Shown piece after piece: positions 19,289 through 29,266 of a stretch of 50,729 nucleotides of DNA. Position numbers and translations under genes: made by a program. The number at the start of each line of letters is the position of its first letter. The first letter of the stretch is position 1. This DNA comes from Verrucomicrobiota bacterium (GTDB lineage: Bacteria; Verrucomicrobiota; Verrucomicrobiia; Limisphaerales; CANJSG01), in contig JBBQXJ010000030.1 in NCBI GenBank assembly GCA_038209745.1, positions 1 through 50,729 on the forward strand, given 5' to 3'. The notes under the pieces were generated by a model. That model saw only the letters and a list, made by a program, of their open reading frames with translations, made no database searches and had not been told where the DNA came from.

Positions 19289-19939
19289 GTGAAAACTTTC
19301 CGGATCCTCTCACGATTGACCCTGGCGTTTGTTCCGCTGCTCCTGGCGGCGTGCGGGGCTCAATCCGGGGAACCCACCACCAATAGCCCGAGCCCAGTCG
19401 TCGCCATGACCAACTCCATTCCTCCCAACGCCGAAACCATCACCCTGGGCGCCGGTTGCTTCTGGTGCACGGAGGCCGTTTTCCAGCAGACGCCGGGTGT
19501 CGTCGCCGTCACTTCGGGCTACATGGGGGGTAATCTGCCGCATCCGAGCTACGACGCGGTTTGCACGGGAACGACCGGCCATGCCGAAGTCACGAAGGTC
19601 GTGTTCGATCCGACGAAGACCACCTTGGAGAAGATCCTCACCCGCTTTTGGCACGCGCACGATCCCACGACCTTGAACCGCCAGGGTGGGGATTCGGGCA
19701 CGCAGTATCGTTCCGCCATCTTCTTTTACAGCGAGGCGCAGAAGGCGATCGCCGAGAAGTCCAAGGCGGACGCGGGCGCCGAGTTCAGCCGTCCGATTGT
19801 CACCGAGATCACGGCCGCTGCGGAGTTCTATCCGGCGGAGGATTACCATCAGAACTACTACTCGCAGAACAAGCGGCGGAACCCGTATTGCCAGGCCGTC
19901 ATCGCGCCGAAGCTGCGCAAGCTCGGACTGAAGGAATGA
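19289..19939 (+). CDS. msrA: Peptide methionine sulfoxide reductase MsrA with a lipoprotein signal
   Basis: GAGCFWCTE, GTTGHAEV, HDPTTLNRQGGDSGTQYRS, AEDYHQNY, PYC; N-terminal LLLAAC lipobox after the GTG at 19289. Confidence 0.95.
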   Translation: MKTFRILSRLTLAFVPLLLAACGAQSGEPTTNSPSPVVAMTNSIPPNAETITLGAGCFWCTEAVFQQTPGVVAVTSGYMGGNLPHPSYDAVCTGTTGHAEVTKVVFDPTKTTLEKILTRFWHAHDPTTLNRQGGDSGTQYRSAIFFYSEAQKAIAEKSKADAGAEFSRPIVTEITAAAEFYPAEDYHQNYYSQNKRRNPYCQAVIAPKLRKLGLKE

Positions 19940-20029
19940 GCCGCAGGGCGAGCGAATTATTAAGGAAAGAATTTTCCCGGGAAGGGATGGGCGTTTAGCC
20001 TCGAACTTCACCCGGATTTACCACGTTCC

Positions 20030-21442
20030 ATGAAACGCACCCCCGCCCTGACCGTCACCCTCCACGGCGCCGCCGGCGTCGTCACCGGATCCGCCTACCA
20101 GCTCCACACGGAAACAGCCCACGTTCTCTTGGACTTCGGGATGTTCCAAGGCTCGGCGGCCGAGGAGTCCCGCAACGAAGTGCCCCCCGGCCTCAAGCCG
20201 ACGACGCTCGATGCGGTCATCCTGACCCACGCCCACCTGGACCATTGCGGCCGGCTTCCCCTGTTGGCCAAGGCCGGTTACACGGGCCCCGTCTTTGCGA
20301 CGCCGGCCACCATCGATCTGACCGGGCTCATCCTGCGGGATTCGGCGCGGATCCAAGCCTCGGACAACGAGAGGACAAACCGATGGCGGGCCGCGAAGGG
20401 CAAACCACCCGTTCCGCTGCTCTACACAGTGGAGGACGTGGAGAACATCATGGGGCTGTTCCGGCCCGTGCCCTATTCGGAGATGATCGAAGTGGCGCCG
20501 GGCATGAAGGCCCGCTTCCACGAAGCCGGCCACATCCTCGGCTCGGCCAGTGTCGAGATCTCCGTCGGCGAAGCGGAGAACCAGCGGACCGTGGTGTTCT
20601 CGGGGGATCTGGGCCCGCGCGGGGTGCCGATCCTCAGGGACTTCATCTGCCTCCCGCAGGCCCACGCCGTGTTCATGGAGTCCACCTATGGCGACCGGGA
20701 CCATCGTCCATTGAAGGAGACCATCGCCGAGTTTGAAGCGATCGTGCAGCAAGCGGTCGAGCGCAAGGGCAAGCTGCTGGTGCCGACCTTCGCCGTGGGC
20801 CGGGCGCAGCTGTTGCTCGTGCTTTTGGCGTTGATGTTCAGAAAGAAGAGCCTGCCTCCGTTCCCCGTCTTCCTCGACAGCCCGATGGCCATCAGCGCCA
20901 CCCAGATCTACCGGGAGCACGAAGAGCTCTACGACGCGGAGATGATCGCGCTCATCAAGGAAAAGCCCCTTGTCGAGAATCTCCGAACCGTCACCAACAC
21001 GCGGACGGCCGATGAATCAAAGAAGATCAACGAAGTGCCGGGACCGTGTCTGGTGATGGCCGGTTCGGGCATGTGCACCGGTGGACGAATCCTCCATCAT
21101 CTCAGGCATAATCTGCCTCTGGCCGAGGCCGCCGTGTTGATCGTCGGCTATCAGGGCGACGGCTCGCTCGGCCGGCAGCTCGTGGACGGCAGACGCGAAG
21201 TCTCGATCTTCGGGGACAAGATCCCCGTCCGCGCGGCCATCCACACCCTGGGCGGCTTCAGCGCCCACGCCGGTCAGACGGATCTCCTCAATTGGTTGGG
21301 ATGCATGGCCCACACCGGACCGCGCGTGATCCTGACGCACGGCGAGGACAAGGCCCGGTTGCCGCTGGCCGGGATCATCGAGGAACGGTTCCATCGCAAG
21401 TGCGAGCTCCCGTACCTGGGGGACGTGATCGAGATAATGTAG
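20030..21442 (+). CDS. MBL-fold beta-CASP ribonuclease (YSH1/CPSF73-like bacterial family)
   Basis: THAHLDHCG, AGHILGS, FSGDLG, MESTYG, FAVGRAQ, DSPMA, GSGMCTGGR, FSAHAG, LTHGE. Confidence 0.92.
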   Translation: MKRTPALTVTLHGAAGVVTGSAYQLHTETAHVLLDFGMFQGSAAEESRNEVPPGLKPTTLDAVILTHAHLDHCGRLPLLAKAGYTGPVFATPATIDLTGLILRDSARIQASDNERTNRWRAAKGKPPVPLLYTVEDVENIMGLFRPVPYSEMIEVAPGMKARFHEAGHILGSASVEISVGEAENQRTVVFSGDLGPRGVPILRDFICLPQAHAVFMESTYGDRDHRPLKETIAEFEAIVQQAVERKGKLLVPTFAVGRAQLLLVLLALMFRKKSLPPFPVFLDSPMAISATQIYREHEELYDAEMIALIKEKPLVENLRTVTNTRTADESKKINEVPGPCLVMAGSGMCTGGRILHHLRHNLPLAEAAVLIVGYQGDGSLGRQLVDGRREVSIFGDKIPVRAAIHTLGGFSAHAGQTDLLNWLGCMAHTGPRVILTHGEDKARLPLAGIIEERFHRKCELPYLGDVIEIM

Positions 21443-21567
21443 TCCGCCAGGTTCCAATCGGACCAGTAACAGGGCCGCTTCCGGACTCCTCCGTATCGAT
21501 CCTGGTCCAAGAGGTTACATGTCCTTGCTTGTATTGGGTGAGTCCATGCGTTATTTGATGTTTTCTT

Positions 21568-21969
21568 ATGAAATTGGACTCCCTGAAGAAGTTTGTCTCG
21601 TTGCGCGAATCCCTCCAGAAGGAGAAGGCCTCTCTCGAGGAGCGCTTGGCCCAGATCGATGCCGCGCTCGGCGTTGCTTCATCCGTCGTAGCGGCTCCTG
21701 CCCGGAGCGCCAAGAGCGCGCCGAGAGCCAAGGCCGCCGGCAAAGCCCGCAGGGTCAAGGGCGGTCGGGGCGGCAATGAGATGTCGCTCCGCGACGCCGT
21801 GCTGAAAGCCACGTCCGAGAAGCCGCTGACCAAAGAGGAGATTCTCAAGGCCGTCGACAAGCTCGGCTACACGTTCAACACCAAGAACCCGCTCGCCTCG
21901 GTCAACGTCGCCCTTTACAGCAAGAAACAGTTCAAGCAGGTCGACGGCAAGTTCAGCCCGGTCAAATAA
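21568..21969 (+). CDS. Small basic protein: coiled coil, Ala/Lys-rich linker and winged-helix-like C-terminus; possible nucleoid-associated protein
   Basis: 133 aa, Lys-rich, strongly biased codon usage, followed by its own terminator. Confidence 0.75.
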   Translation: MKLDSLKKFVSLRESLQKEKASLEERLAQIDAALGVASSVVAAPARSAKSAPRAKAAGKARRVKGGRGGNEMSLRDAVLKATSEKPLTKEEILKAVDKLGYTFNTKNPLASVNVALYSKKQFKQVDGKFSPVK

Positions 21970-21992
21970 CGCCCTTTCTAAAGCCGCTTTCC

Positions 21993-22027
21993 GACCCGGG
22001 CGGGACAACCCACCCGGGTCTTTTTTT
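21993..22027 (+). terminator. Intrinsic terminator
   Basis: GACCCGGGCGGG-ACAA-CCCACCCGGGTC stem (1 mismatch) followed by TTTTTTT. Confidence 0.85.
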
Positions 22028-22030
22028 GCT

Positions 22031-22804
22031 TTGATCACCAAACGCGTCATTCCCTGTCTGGACGTCCACGACGGCAAGGTCACCCGCGGGGTGCAGTTCG
22101 GCCGCGCCGAAGCCGGCGAGTTGAAGAATGTCGGAGATCCCGTCGAGTTGGCCCTCCGCTACAACGCCCAGGGAGCCGACGAGATGGTCTTCTTCGACAT
22201 CACGGCCTCGGCCCATGGTCGGGCTTCGATGATCGAGGTCATCGAGCGCGCCGCCGACCAGTGCTTCATGCCGCTGACGGTGGGCGGCGGCATCCGGGCC
22301 GTCGGCGACATGCAACAGATGCTCCGGTCCGGGGCGGACAAGATCAGCATCAACTCTTCCGCGCTGGCCAATCCCGACCTGATCCGGGAAGGAGCCGAGA
22401 AGTTCGGCAGCCAATGCATCGTCGTCTCCATAGACGCCAAGCAGGTGGCGCCCGACGCATGGCGGGTCTTCTCCCACGGAGGCCGCAAAGACACGGGGCT
22501 CGACGCTCTGGAATGGGCCCAAAAAGCCGTTGCCATGGGGGCCGGAGAGATCGTGCTGAACAGCATCGACGCGGACGGCACCAGGAAGGGTTTCGATCTC
22601 GTCATCACCCGGCGCGTCAGCGAAGCGGTCGGCGTGCCGGTGGTCGCCAGCGGTGGAGCCGGATCGTTGGAACACATGGCCGAGGTGCTGCTCGCCGGCA
22701 AGGCCGACGCCGTTCTGGCCGCGAGCATCTTCCACTACGGCGAGTTCACCGTGGGCGACGTGAAGCGGCATCTGGCATCCTGCGGCATCGACGTGCGCCT
22801 ATGA
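22031..22804 (+). CDS. hisF: Imidazole glycerol phosphate synthase cyclase subunit
   Basis: [61 protein letters not shown] start. Confidence 0.97.
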   Translation: MITKRVIPCLDVHDGKVTRGVQFGRAEAGELKNVGDPVELALRYNAQGADEMVFFDITASAHGRASMIEVIERAADQCFMPLTVGGGIRAVGDMQQMLRSGADKISINSSALANPDLIREGAEKFGSQCIVVSIDAKQVAPDAWRVFSHGGRKDTGLDALEWAQKAVAMGAGEIVLNSIDADGTRKGFDLVITRRVSEAVGVPVVASGGAGSLEHMAEVLLAGKADAVLAASIFHYGEFTVGDVKRHLASCGIDVRL

Positions 22805-23157
22805 TCGACTTCACCCAGAGCCGGTTGCTTCCCGTGCTGCTGCTGGCGTGCTCGAACGTCTTCATGACCGTCGCGTGGTATGCCCATCTCCGGCACAAGG
22901 ATCAGCCGATCTGGAAAGTCATCGTCGTCAGTTGGGGCATCGCGTTCTTCGAATACTTGATCATGGTCCCGGCCAATCGATGGGGCAGCAACGTCTACTC
23001 GACGCCACAGCTCAAGATCATCCAAGAGGCTGTCACCTTGATCGTCTTCGCCGTGTTCGCCGTCACCTATCTGGGAGAACCACTGCGGTGGAACCACTTT
23101 GCCGCCTTTCTCTGCATCATGGCGGCGGTGTGCTTCATCTTTCTTCCCCACAAATAG
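22801..23157 (+). CDS. DMT-superfamily small membrane protein (DUF486 type)
   Basis: [40 protein letters not shown] overlap with hisF. Confidence 0.88.
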   Translation: MIDFTQSRLLPVLLLACSNVFMTVAWYAHLRHKDQPIWKVIVVSWGIAFFEYLIMVPANRWGSNVYSTPQLKIIQEAVTLIVFAVFAVTYLGEPLRWNHFAAFLCIMAAVCFIFLPHK

Positions 23158-23226
23158 CGGGGCCGTTCCACGGCGGAACGAGGCGGAACGAGGCGGAAGG
23201 CATGGCGGACAGTCCGCCTGCCCCGC
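23157..23226. repeat. Intergenic palindromic/tandem repeat element
   Basis: GGCGGAACGA x2 + GGCGGAAG (23172-23199); hairpin GGCGGA-CAG-TCCGCC (23204-23218); outer GCGGGGC/GCCCCGC pair. Confidence 0.5.
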
Positions 23227-23447
23227 CCTCTTCGGGTTTTCCCGAATGGCGACCGACCAGAAAAAAAGCTCCTCTTCGAGGGTGAAGGGCGGAGTCGGAA
23301 TCTCGGGCAGGGCTGGAGGGGCGCGACCCCGTGCGCTTGGTCTGTCATGCGGCGTCCGCTCCGGTTCGGACGGACGACCCACTGGCGACGAACCGACAAT
23401 TCCCTTCCCAACACGGTGGTGCTCCTTTACTCAATTCAGCCAGCGCT

Positions 23448-23840
23448 ATGTCCTTCTTTGACCAGCTCAAATTCAACGCCGACGGCCTGATCCCGGCGAT
23501 CGTCCAGGAACAGACCACCGGCCGGGTCCTCATGATGGCGTGGATGAACCGTGCCTCCCTCGAGATCACCATCGAAACGGGCAGGACCCATTTCTGGAGC
23601 CGCTCCCGGAAGAAGTTCTGGATGAAGGGCGAGAGCAGCGGCCACACCCAGACCGTCCGGGACATCGCCTTCGACTGCGACGGCGACACGCTCCTGATCC
23701 AGGTGGACCAGATCGGCGCCGCCTGCCACGAGGGCTACCAGTCGTGCTTCTTCCGCTCGATCGAGACGGACGGCAAGAGCTTCCAGGAAACCGAGCCGCG
23801 TCTGGAATCGCCGGAAGAGATCTACGGCAAGAAGGGCTGA
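23448..23840 (+). CDS. hisI: Phosphoribosyl-AMP cyclohydrolase
   Basis: [48 protein letters not shown]. Confidence 0.97.
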   Translation: MSFFDQLKFNADGLIPAIVQEQTTGRVLMMAWMNRASLEITIETGRTHFWSRSRKKFWMKGESSGHTQTVRDIAFDCDGDTLLIQVDQIGAACHEGYQSCFFRSIETDGKSFQETEPRLESPEEIYGKKG

Positions 23841-24358
23841 TGGAAGCGGTCTCGGTCGAGTTTGCCAGCCGCGCCTATTGGCTGTGCTTTGCGGCGGCGA
23901 TCTTCGCGCGCGGCATGGATTTCCTCAGCACCTGGGTGGCGACGCCCAACCTCCTGCTGGAGGCCAATCCGATCGCGCGCTGGCTCGGCTGGAAGCGCGG
24001 GATCGTGCTGAACGTGGTCCTCTGTTTCGGGTTCGCCTTCGTGCCCGTCACTTCGATCATCGTCACCACCACGAGCGTCCTGGTGGCGGCGCGCAATTTC
24101 CAATCGGCGTGGATGATGCGGACGATGGGCGAAGCCGCCTATCGCGACTGGTATCTCCGTCGGCTGTTGGAAGCGCCGCGCGGCCTCTACCTCGGCTGCC
24201 TTTTCGCGAACGCCGGACTGACGGCGCTCGTCGGCGCTGCGCTGGTGGTGTTCAGCAGATACAACCCCGTGGCCATCGGGATCGGCGTCGGCATCGTGGG
24301 GTACGCCCTGGCCGTGCTGGTCTACACCTTGGTCTCCGTCTGGCGGATACGGCGCTAG
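23840..24358 (+). CDS. Hypothetical multi-pass membrane protein (EANP motif)
   Basis: About 172 aa, several TM segments, DFLSTW..PNLLLEANPIARWLG; translationally coupled to hisI. Confidence 0.75.
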   Translation: MEAVSVEFASRAYWLCFAAAIFARGMDFLSTWVATPNLLLEANPIARWLGWKRGIVLNVVLCFGFAFVPVTSIIVTTTSVLVAARNFQSAWMMRTMGEAAYRDWYLRRLLEAPRGLYLGCLFANAGLTALVGAALVVFSRYNPVAIGIGVGIVGYALAVLVYTLVSVWRIRR

Positions 24359-24420
24359 TTTTTCGAGCCCCCAATTGGCTCTGTCCGTCCGACCCGGTTT
24401 CCGTTAAATCCACCCCACTT

Positions 24421-25947
24421 ATGTTCCATCCCAGTCTGGAGGAGTTCACCCAACTGGCCACTCAGGGCAATCTCATCCCTGTCGCCCGCACCTTTTTGGC
24501 CGACTTCGAGACGCCGCTCTCGGCCTACACCAAGATCCGTGGGCAGGGGGAATCATTCCTCTTCGAGTCGGTCGAAGGCGGCGAGCACGTCGGCCGCTAT
24601 TCCTTCGTCGGCTGCAGTCCCCGCGCCGTCATCCGACAGACCGGAAGCAGGATCGAGGTGATCGAAGACGGAAAGGTCACCGCCAAATACGGAGTCCCGA
24701 AACCCGGGGCCGAGCCGTGCGGGAACTGCGTGAAGGACGGACTGGAAGTCGTGGAGAAGGTCATGGCGCAATACCGCGCGGTGCCGGTTCCCGGCCTGCC
24801 AAGGTTCACCGGCGGCGCCGTCGGGTTCATCGGCTACGAGTTCATCCACGATGTCGAACCCGTCGTCCCGCGTCCGCCCAAAGACGATCTCGGCACGCCC
24901 ACGATCTACTTTCTCATCGCCGATGAACTCCTCGTCTTTGATCGCGCCCAGCAGACGTTGACCATCATCGTCAACGCCATCATCCCGCCCGGCGGCAGCC
25001 CGGCCGAGACCTACGAGGACGCCGTCGGCGAGATCGAGCGACTGGCCTCCCTCCTGGAACAGCCGCTCCAGAGCCAGCCCGTTCCGCTCCGGACCGACGC
25101 GCCGGATCTGCCCGTGACGTCGAACGTCGCCAAGGAGCAGTTCCTGGCCAACGTCGTCCTCGCGAAGAAATACATCCAGGCCGGCGACATCATCCAGGTC
25201 GTCGGTTCCCAGCGCTTCAGCGCGCCGGTCAAGGCCTCGCCGATCGACGTCTACCGCGCCGCCCGCACGGTCAATCCTTCGCCCTACATGTTCCTGCTGG
25301 AGCTGGAAGGCTTCGCGCTGGTGGGCGCCTCGCCCGAGCTGCACGTCCGCTGCGAAAACCGCCACGTCGAGATCCGTCCCATCGCCGGCACCCGGCCGCG
25401 CGGCAAGAATCCCGAGGAAGACCTGGCGTTGGAGAAGGAGCTGCTGGCCGATCCCAAGGAACGCGCCGAGCACGTCATGCTGGTCGATCTCGCCCGCAAC
25501 GACATCGGCCGCGTCTGCGAGTTCGGCAGCGTGAAGGTGAAGGACCTGATGGTCATCGAGCGCTACAGCCACGTGATGCACATCGTCTCCCAGGTGGAAG
25601 GCACCCTGGCCCCGGCGCACTCCGCCTACGACTTGATGCGGACCACGTTCCCGGCCGGCACGCTCAGCGGGGCGCCCAAGATCCGGGCGATGCAGATCAT
25701 CTCCCAGCTGGAGGGCACCCAGCGTGGACCCTACGGCGGCTGCGTCGGCTACTTCAGCTTCGACGGCAATCTCGACTGCTGCATCACCATCCGGACCGCC
25801 TTGATGAAGGACGGCCAAGTCCACATCCAGGCCGGCGGCGGCTGGGTCAACGACTCCGTGCCCGAAGCCGAGTTCCAGGAAACGGTGAACAAGTCCAAGG
25901 CGATGCTGCGGGCCGTGGCGATGGCGGAGGGGTTTCAGTCACATTAA
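24421..25947 (+). CDS. trpE: Anthranilate synthase component I
   Basis: DFETPLS, FLFESVEGGE..GRYS, FTGGAVG, NPSPYM, GASPE, PIAGTRPRG, KERAEHVMLVDLARND, PAGTLSGAPK. Confidence 0.96.
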   Translation: MFHPSLEEFTQLATQGNLIPVARTFLADFETPLSAYTKIRGQGESFLFESVEGGEHVGRYSFVGCSPRAVIRQTGSRIEVIEDGKVTAKYGVPKPGAEPCGNCVKDGLEVVEKVMAQYRAVPVPGLPRFTGGAVGFIGYEFIHDVEPVVPRPPKDDLGTPTIYFLIADELLVFDRAQQTLTIIVNAIIPPGGSPAETYEDAVGEIERLASLLEQPLQSQPVPLRTDAPDLPVTSNVAKEQFLANVVLAKKYIQAGDIIQVVGSQRFSAPVKASPIDVYRAARTVNPSPYMFLLELEGFALVGASPELHVRCENRHVEIRPIAGTRPRGKNPEEDLALEKELLADPKERAEHVMLVDLARNDIGRVCEFGSVKVKDLMVIERYSHVMHIVSQVEGTLAPAHSAYDLMRTTFPAGTLSGAPKIRAMQIISQLEGTQRGPYGGCVGYFSFDGNLDCCITIRTALMKDGQVHIQAGGGWVNDSVPEAEFQETVNKSKAMLRAVAMAEGFQSH

Positions 25948-26028
25948 ACGGCAGGCGAAAACGGAGTTTTTCGCATTCGCAAATTGGTTTGGGTTGCCAA
26001 CCAATACCTGTCGTCCGAAATTCGAAAG

Positions 26029-26676
26029 ATGGAGTCAATCATAAGTGGTTTGGTGGCTGCGTTCGCCGCTCTTGCAGGTCTCTTTCTTGGAAATGAACTG
26101 CAACGACAGCGTGAAATGAAGGGGAAGCTCTTTCAAACGCGATTGGACATCTACATGGAAGTCACCGGTGCGCTAGGTCGAATGATTCGACATCTGCACC
26201 GGCTACAGTCGTTTGACCCGCTGTATGATCCCAATAGCTACGTTGTGATAGAGGAGTCCGCGCTCAACAAGGTCGAGCTGGTTGCCTCCCGAGAGACTAA
26301 TGCCGCATTCGAGGATTTTCTTTCGGCATACCGGGAGCTTTTCGAAAAGATTGTCGCCGCAAGGAAGCCATATCGCGAATTGCTCGACAGGCAAAAGCTG
26401 AACTTAAGACTGAAACCTCAATTTGAGATTGAGGTTCTTGAAGCGTTCAAGGGAGGGCCTAACTCGGAAACAAAAGGCAACGTGTTGTCCTTGTTTCACG
26501 GGCTGATGGTGAGTCAGAAATCAACTCAAGAAGGTTTGGATTCGGGACACAGGTCAGTTTTTCAAAACACCAAAGAGGATTATGAAAAGCTCGAATCTTT
26601 GGGAAAGATTCTAAGGCGAACTGCGCGAGAGGAACTCAGACTGCAAGGCATCGCGTTCCTAGAAGTTGGGAGTTGA
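26029..26676 (+). CDS. Hypothetical protein with an N-terminal TM, lower GC than its flanks
   Basis: Open frame of about 215 aa in a visibly AT-richer patch; MESIISGLVAAFAALAGLFLG TM followed by a helical region. Confidence 0.65.
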   Translation: MESIISGLVAAFAALAGLFLGNELQRQREMKGKLFQTRLDIYMEVTGALGRMIRHLHRLQSFDPLYDPNSYVVIEESALNKVELVASRETNAAFEDFLSAYRELFEKIVAARKPYRELLDRQKLNLRLKPQFEIEVLEAFKGGPNSETKGNVLSLFHGLMVSQKSTQEGLDSGHRSVFQNTKEDYEKLESLGKILRRTAREELRLQGIAFLEVGS

Positions 26677-26721
26677 CGGGGATCAAGATCAGAAAGATCC
26701 GAATACCGCCGTCTTTCCTCT

Positions 26722-27654
26722 CTACAGAAACGTCCCGTTCAGCAGGCTGGAGGTGATCTCGTCGCGGATGCGTTCGAGCAGCTTCTTGGTCAGGCGGATG
26801 CCGGCGGCTTCGCCGATCACCTCTCCCCGGTAGGCGATGCCGACCCAGCCGCGGTAGCCGCTGCGGTAGGCCATCGCCAGCATGTTGGAGAAATCGGTTT
26901 TCTTCTCCTTCCCGTCGTAGTCGAAGTCGTGGCTCTGCGCGGCCAGGCCCTTGGCGTAGGGCAGCATCTCCTGCACGCCCACGTAGCGGTCGTAGTCGGT
27001 GAAGTTGCCGAAGTCCGGCAGGGTGCCGGCATTCGGCAGCCCGGTGGACTGGATGACGGAGGCCATCCATTTGCCGTTGGAGGAGTAGCCGCCCCGGTTC
27101 TCCAGGAGGACGTTCAGGCCGAGCGGTCGGGCCAGTTCGCAGACTCGACGGAGCCCGTCGGTGACCAGCCGCGCCTGCTCCTCGCGGGCCCCGCTGGAGT
27201 AGGCGTTCACCCGGATGGAATGACAGCCGAGGAACTTGGCGGCTTCGAGCCATTTGCGGTGGTTCTCGACGGCTTCGGTGCGGGCGGCGTTGTCGGGATC
27301 ACCGATCCGGCCTTCGTCGTCGCACCGGATCAACACGCTGGTGACGCCTTCGCCGTCGCATTTGTTCCTCAGTTCGGCGAGGTGGGTCCGGTCGGCGGCC
27401 TTGTTCTGGAAGAACTGGCTGGCGTATTCGACTCCCTCGACCTGGTAGTCGCGGCGGGCCACGACGGGAAAATCGAGGTGCTTCATCTCGCCCTTTTGCA
27501 GGGCGCGCTTTAGCGAGCCTTCGTCCAGCGAGATGCGGTAGAGGGGGCCGTCGAGAACGACCGGCTCCGGGCCTTTCATGGATTGGCACGCGGAAAGACC
27601 TCCGGTCGCCAGGGCGGCGAGCGCGGAGGTCTTGAGGAACTGGCGGCGATTCAT
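26722..27654 (-). CDS. Tat-exported (lipo)protein, sugar-phosphate isomerase/epimerase TIM-barrel family
   Basis: MNRRQFLK Tat motif, GLSAC lipobox, LGCHSIRVN, LLENRGG, GTLPDFGNF. Confidence 0.85.
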   Translation of the reverse strand: MNRRQFLKTSALAALATGGLSACQSMKGPEPVVLDGPLYRISLDEGSLKRALQKGEMKHLDFPVVARRDYQVEGVEYASQFFQNKAADRTHLAELRNKCDGEGVTSVLIRCDDEGRIGDPDNAARTEAVENHRKWLEAAKFLGCHSIRVNAYSSGAREEQARLVTDGLRRVCELARPLGLNVLLENRGGYSSNGKWMASVIQSTGLPNAGTLPDFGNFTDYDRYVGVQEMLPYAKGLAAQSHDFDYDGKEKKTDFSNMLAMAYRSGYRGWVGIAYRGEVIGEAAGIRLTKKLLERIRDEITSSLLNGTFL

Positions 27655-27699
27655 GGACCTGATGTGGTCCGGATCGCCCCGGATTTCCAGCTTGATCCG

Positions 27700-29031
27700 T
27701 CAGTGGGCCGGGGCGGAGCCACCGCCGGGCTCGGGCGTCGGCGCGGCGGGAGGCCGGAAGAACAGGGCCAGCGCGATGGCGGCGAGCATCGCGAGGAACA
27801 TCGGGACCAGGAACAGGCCCTTGAAGTTGACCACGGCGTTCTGGGTGTAGACGGACTGGAGGAGCCAGGGGCAGATGGAATTGGCCGCCAAGGCGCCGAA
27901 GCCGAGGATCTGGAGGTTGAACAGTCCCTGGGCGCTGGAGCGGATGTCCTTCGGCAAATAGGCGTCCACGAAGATGTAGACCGTGGCGAAGTAGAACGCG
28001 TAGCAGATGCCGTGGATGATCTGGACCGTGATGATCGCGGCGGCGCTGTGCGGCATGAACGCGTAGACGCCGAACCGGGCGGCGTGGCCGAGGATGCCGA
28101 TGATCAAAGTGGTGCGCCAACCGAGCTTCTTCAGCGTCGCGCCGAGGATGAACATGGTGAAGATCTCCGCCACTTGCCCGATGCTCATGATGGGCATGAT
28201 CCAGTTCCCCGGAATGCCGACGCCGCCGGCTTCCGTCGCCGTGCCGAGGAAGGTGCCGGTCCAGTTGAAGTAGCAGTTGTGGACGAACGCATCGATGAAG
28301 GTCACGAGCCAGAGCACGAGGATGAAGGGGTGTTTGAGCAGGCGGAACGCTTCGAGCCAGGCCAACTTCTCGGCCACGCCCTTGACCGCCTTCCTGGGCG
28401 GGGTGTGGGGCAGCACGAAGCTGTAGGCGGCCAGCAGGAGCGACGCGATGCCCGCCACGATGAAGGTCCACTTGGTCGCGGCTTTGGCCACATCGCCGGT
28501 GAGCGGATGGGCCAGCGCCTTGCCGATCCAGTCGGAAATGCCCACGGGATTGGCGGCTTTCACCGCGTCCCAATCGACGAAGATGAAGGTGAAGGGCCAG
28601 GCCGCGAGGATCCAGCCGACGGTGCCGCCCATGCGGACGATGCCGAACTCCTTGGTCGCGTCCTTCATGCTGGCGAAGGCGATGGAATTGGTGATCGAGA
28701 TCGTGGGCACGTAGAGCAGGCAGTGGATCAACATCAGCGAGAAGAACGGCCAGAAACTCTTGGTGAACCCGCAGCCGAGAATGGCCAGGCCTCCGACGAG
28801 GTGGGAGAAGGCCAGAAACTTCTCGGCCGCGAACCGGCGATCGGCGAACTGGTTGCTGAAGAACATTCCCACGATGGAGGCGACGGGGAAGGCATTGAGG
28901 ATGAGCGACTGCTGCCCCGGGGTGAACCCGAGGCTCGGCAGGTAGCCGAAGATGAGCGGCAGCCAGGCTCCCCAGATGAAGAACTGGAGCACCATCATGA
29001 GGAAGAGCTTGTTGCGAGGAGAGGCGTTCAT
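27700..29031 (-). CDS. MFS transporter, nucleoside:H+ symporter (NupG-like) family
   Basis: LFLMMVLQFFIWGAW, QFADRRF, FGIVRMGGTVGWI, LPHTPP, SIGQVAE, IHGICYAF, RSSAQG. Confidence 0.9.
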   Translation of the reverse strand: MNASPRNKLFLMMVLQFFIWGAWLPLIFGYLPSLGFTPGQQSLILNAFPVASIVGMFFSNQFADRRFAAEKFLAFSHLVGGLAILGCGFTKSFWPFFSLMLIHCLLYVPTISITNSIAFASMKDATKEFGIVRMGGTVGWILAAWPFTFIFVDWDAVKAANPVGISDWIGKALAHPLTGDVAKAATKWTFIVAGIASLLLAAYSFVLPHTPPRKAVKGVAEKLAWLEAFRLLKHPFILVLWLVTFIDAFVHNCYFNWTGTFLGTATEAGGVGIPGNWIMPIMSIGQVAEIFTMFILGATLKKLGWRTTLIIGILGHAARFGVYAFMPHSAAAIITVQIIHGICYAFYFATVYIFVDAYLPKDIRSSAQGLFNLQILGFGALAANSICPWLLQSVYTQNAVVNFKGLFLVPMFLAMLAAIALALFFRPPAAPTPEPGGGSAPAH

Positions 29032-29266
29032 GGGTTGGAGGTGCCGCACGGTAGCGGCGGGCCGGAGGCTGGGGCAAGGAATTGGAATCGGGCAACTGCC
29101 CAGAATTGGGGAGAGGACCGACCCGCTCCCTGGGAACGGATTGGGAACGAGGTATGGAAGCGCGCGCTCCGCCCGGGTTGGGTCGGCTCCAAGAGGCATC
29201 GGACGAATTGGCCGGAAATTTCCGTGGACCTGTCGGAAGACGGGCACCTAAGTTTCGCGGAATTCA

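Noticed and set aside
20030..21442. Beta-CASP nuclease as part of a defence system
   Set aside because: It is a widespread stand-alone family in a housekeeping context with no defence partners nearby.
23158..23447. His leader or riboswitch upstream of hisI
   Set aside because: No run of His codons and no riboswitch consensus that I recognise; only repeat-like hairpins.
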